The notes under the pieces: model-generated
Database searches by the model: none
What the model was told of the DNA's origin: nothing
What the model saw: only the letters and a program-made list of their open reading frames with translations
Translations under genes and position numbers: made by a program
Source of the DNA: Octopus bimaculoides
Taxonomy: Eukaryota
NCBI RefSeq assembly: GCF_001194135.2
Contig: NC_068984.1
Span: 132,859,922 to 132,923,921, forward strand
Length of the DNA stretch: 64,000 nucleotides
Direction: 5' to 3'
Part shown: piece by piece, positions 63,699-64,000 of the stretch
Position numbering within the stretch: the first letter of the stretch is position 1
Layout of the letters: each line of letters starts with the position of its first letter

Positions 63699-64000
63699 AG
63701 AGAGCTATAGTGTGTGTCATTCTGGGAAGTCCTTGAATTTGCACCCTCCCCAGGTCCTCAAGCAAATCCAAAAGTACTACCCCAATAATAGCACTGCCCA
63801 GAGTAGGTCCCCACCACCAGTTATGCTGCTGAATGTTGAAATCAGATTCAATGTTTTATAGCCTGAACCGTCAGTGACCCAGTGGGTCATGGGTAGTCAA
63901 GTGAATAATAAACTTGTTCTCAACCAAAAGTATTGAATAATTCTTCAGTATAATGTAAAATTGTTTTATTATAACATAAAAATAAATATTAATATATATA

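Overview
AT-rich, repeat-dense metazoan genomic DNA. The tRNA-derived SINEs, microsatellite density and proteins suggest a coleoid cephalopod, probably Octopus (inference; no search was run). Two intron-containing genes could be spliced by hand and are arranged tail-to-tail. EEF1G (elongation factor 1-gamma) is on +, with 11 coding exons at 32323-40028, 424 aa, and a 5'TOP/TCT start. JKAMP (JNK1-associated membrane protein) is on -, with 6 coding exons at 52189-45129, 301 aa. The rest is mostly SINEs (several with intact TSDs), decayed LINEs (RTE, CR1/Jockey-like, a HERO-like 3' end), TTAA- and TA-flanked MITEs, bipartite RTE-derived elements and microsatellites. Nearly all other ORFs in the supplied track are microsatellite or TE read-throughs. 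No gene could be confidently assembled in 1-31 kb, although splice-like and coding-like fragments occur there. No clearly novel system is demonstrable. The best leads are a rearranged inverted duplication with a perfect 29-bp palindrome (8.4-9.7 kb), RTE-derived elements with an HDV-like pairing order, a multi-hairpin segment in EEF1G intron 2, and a possible divergent transcript from the EEF1G promoter.
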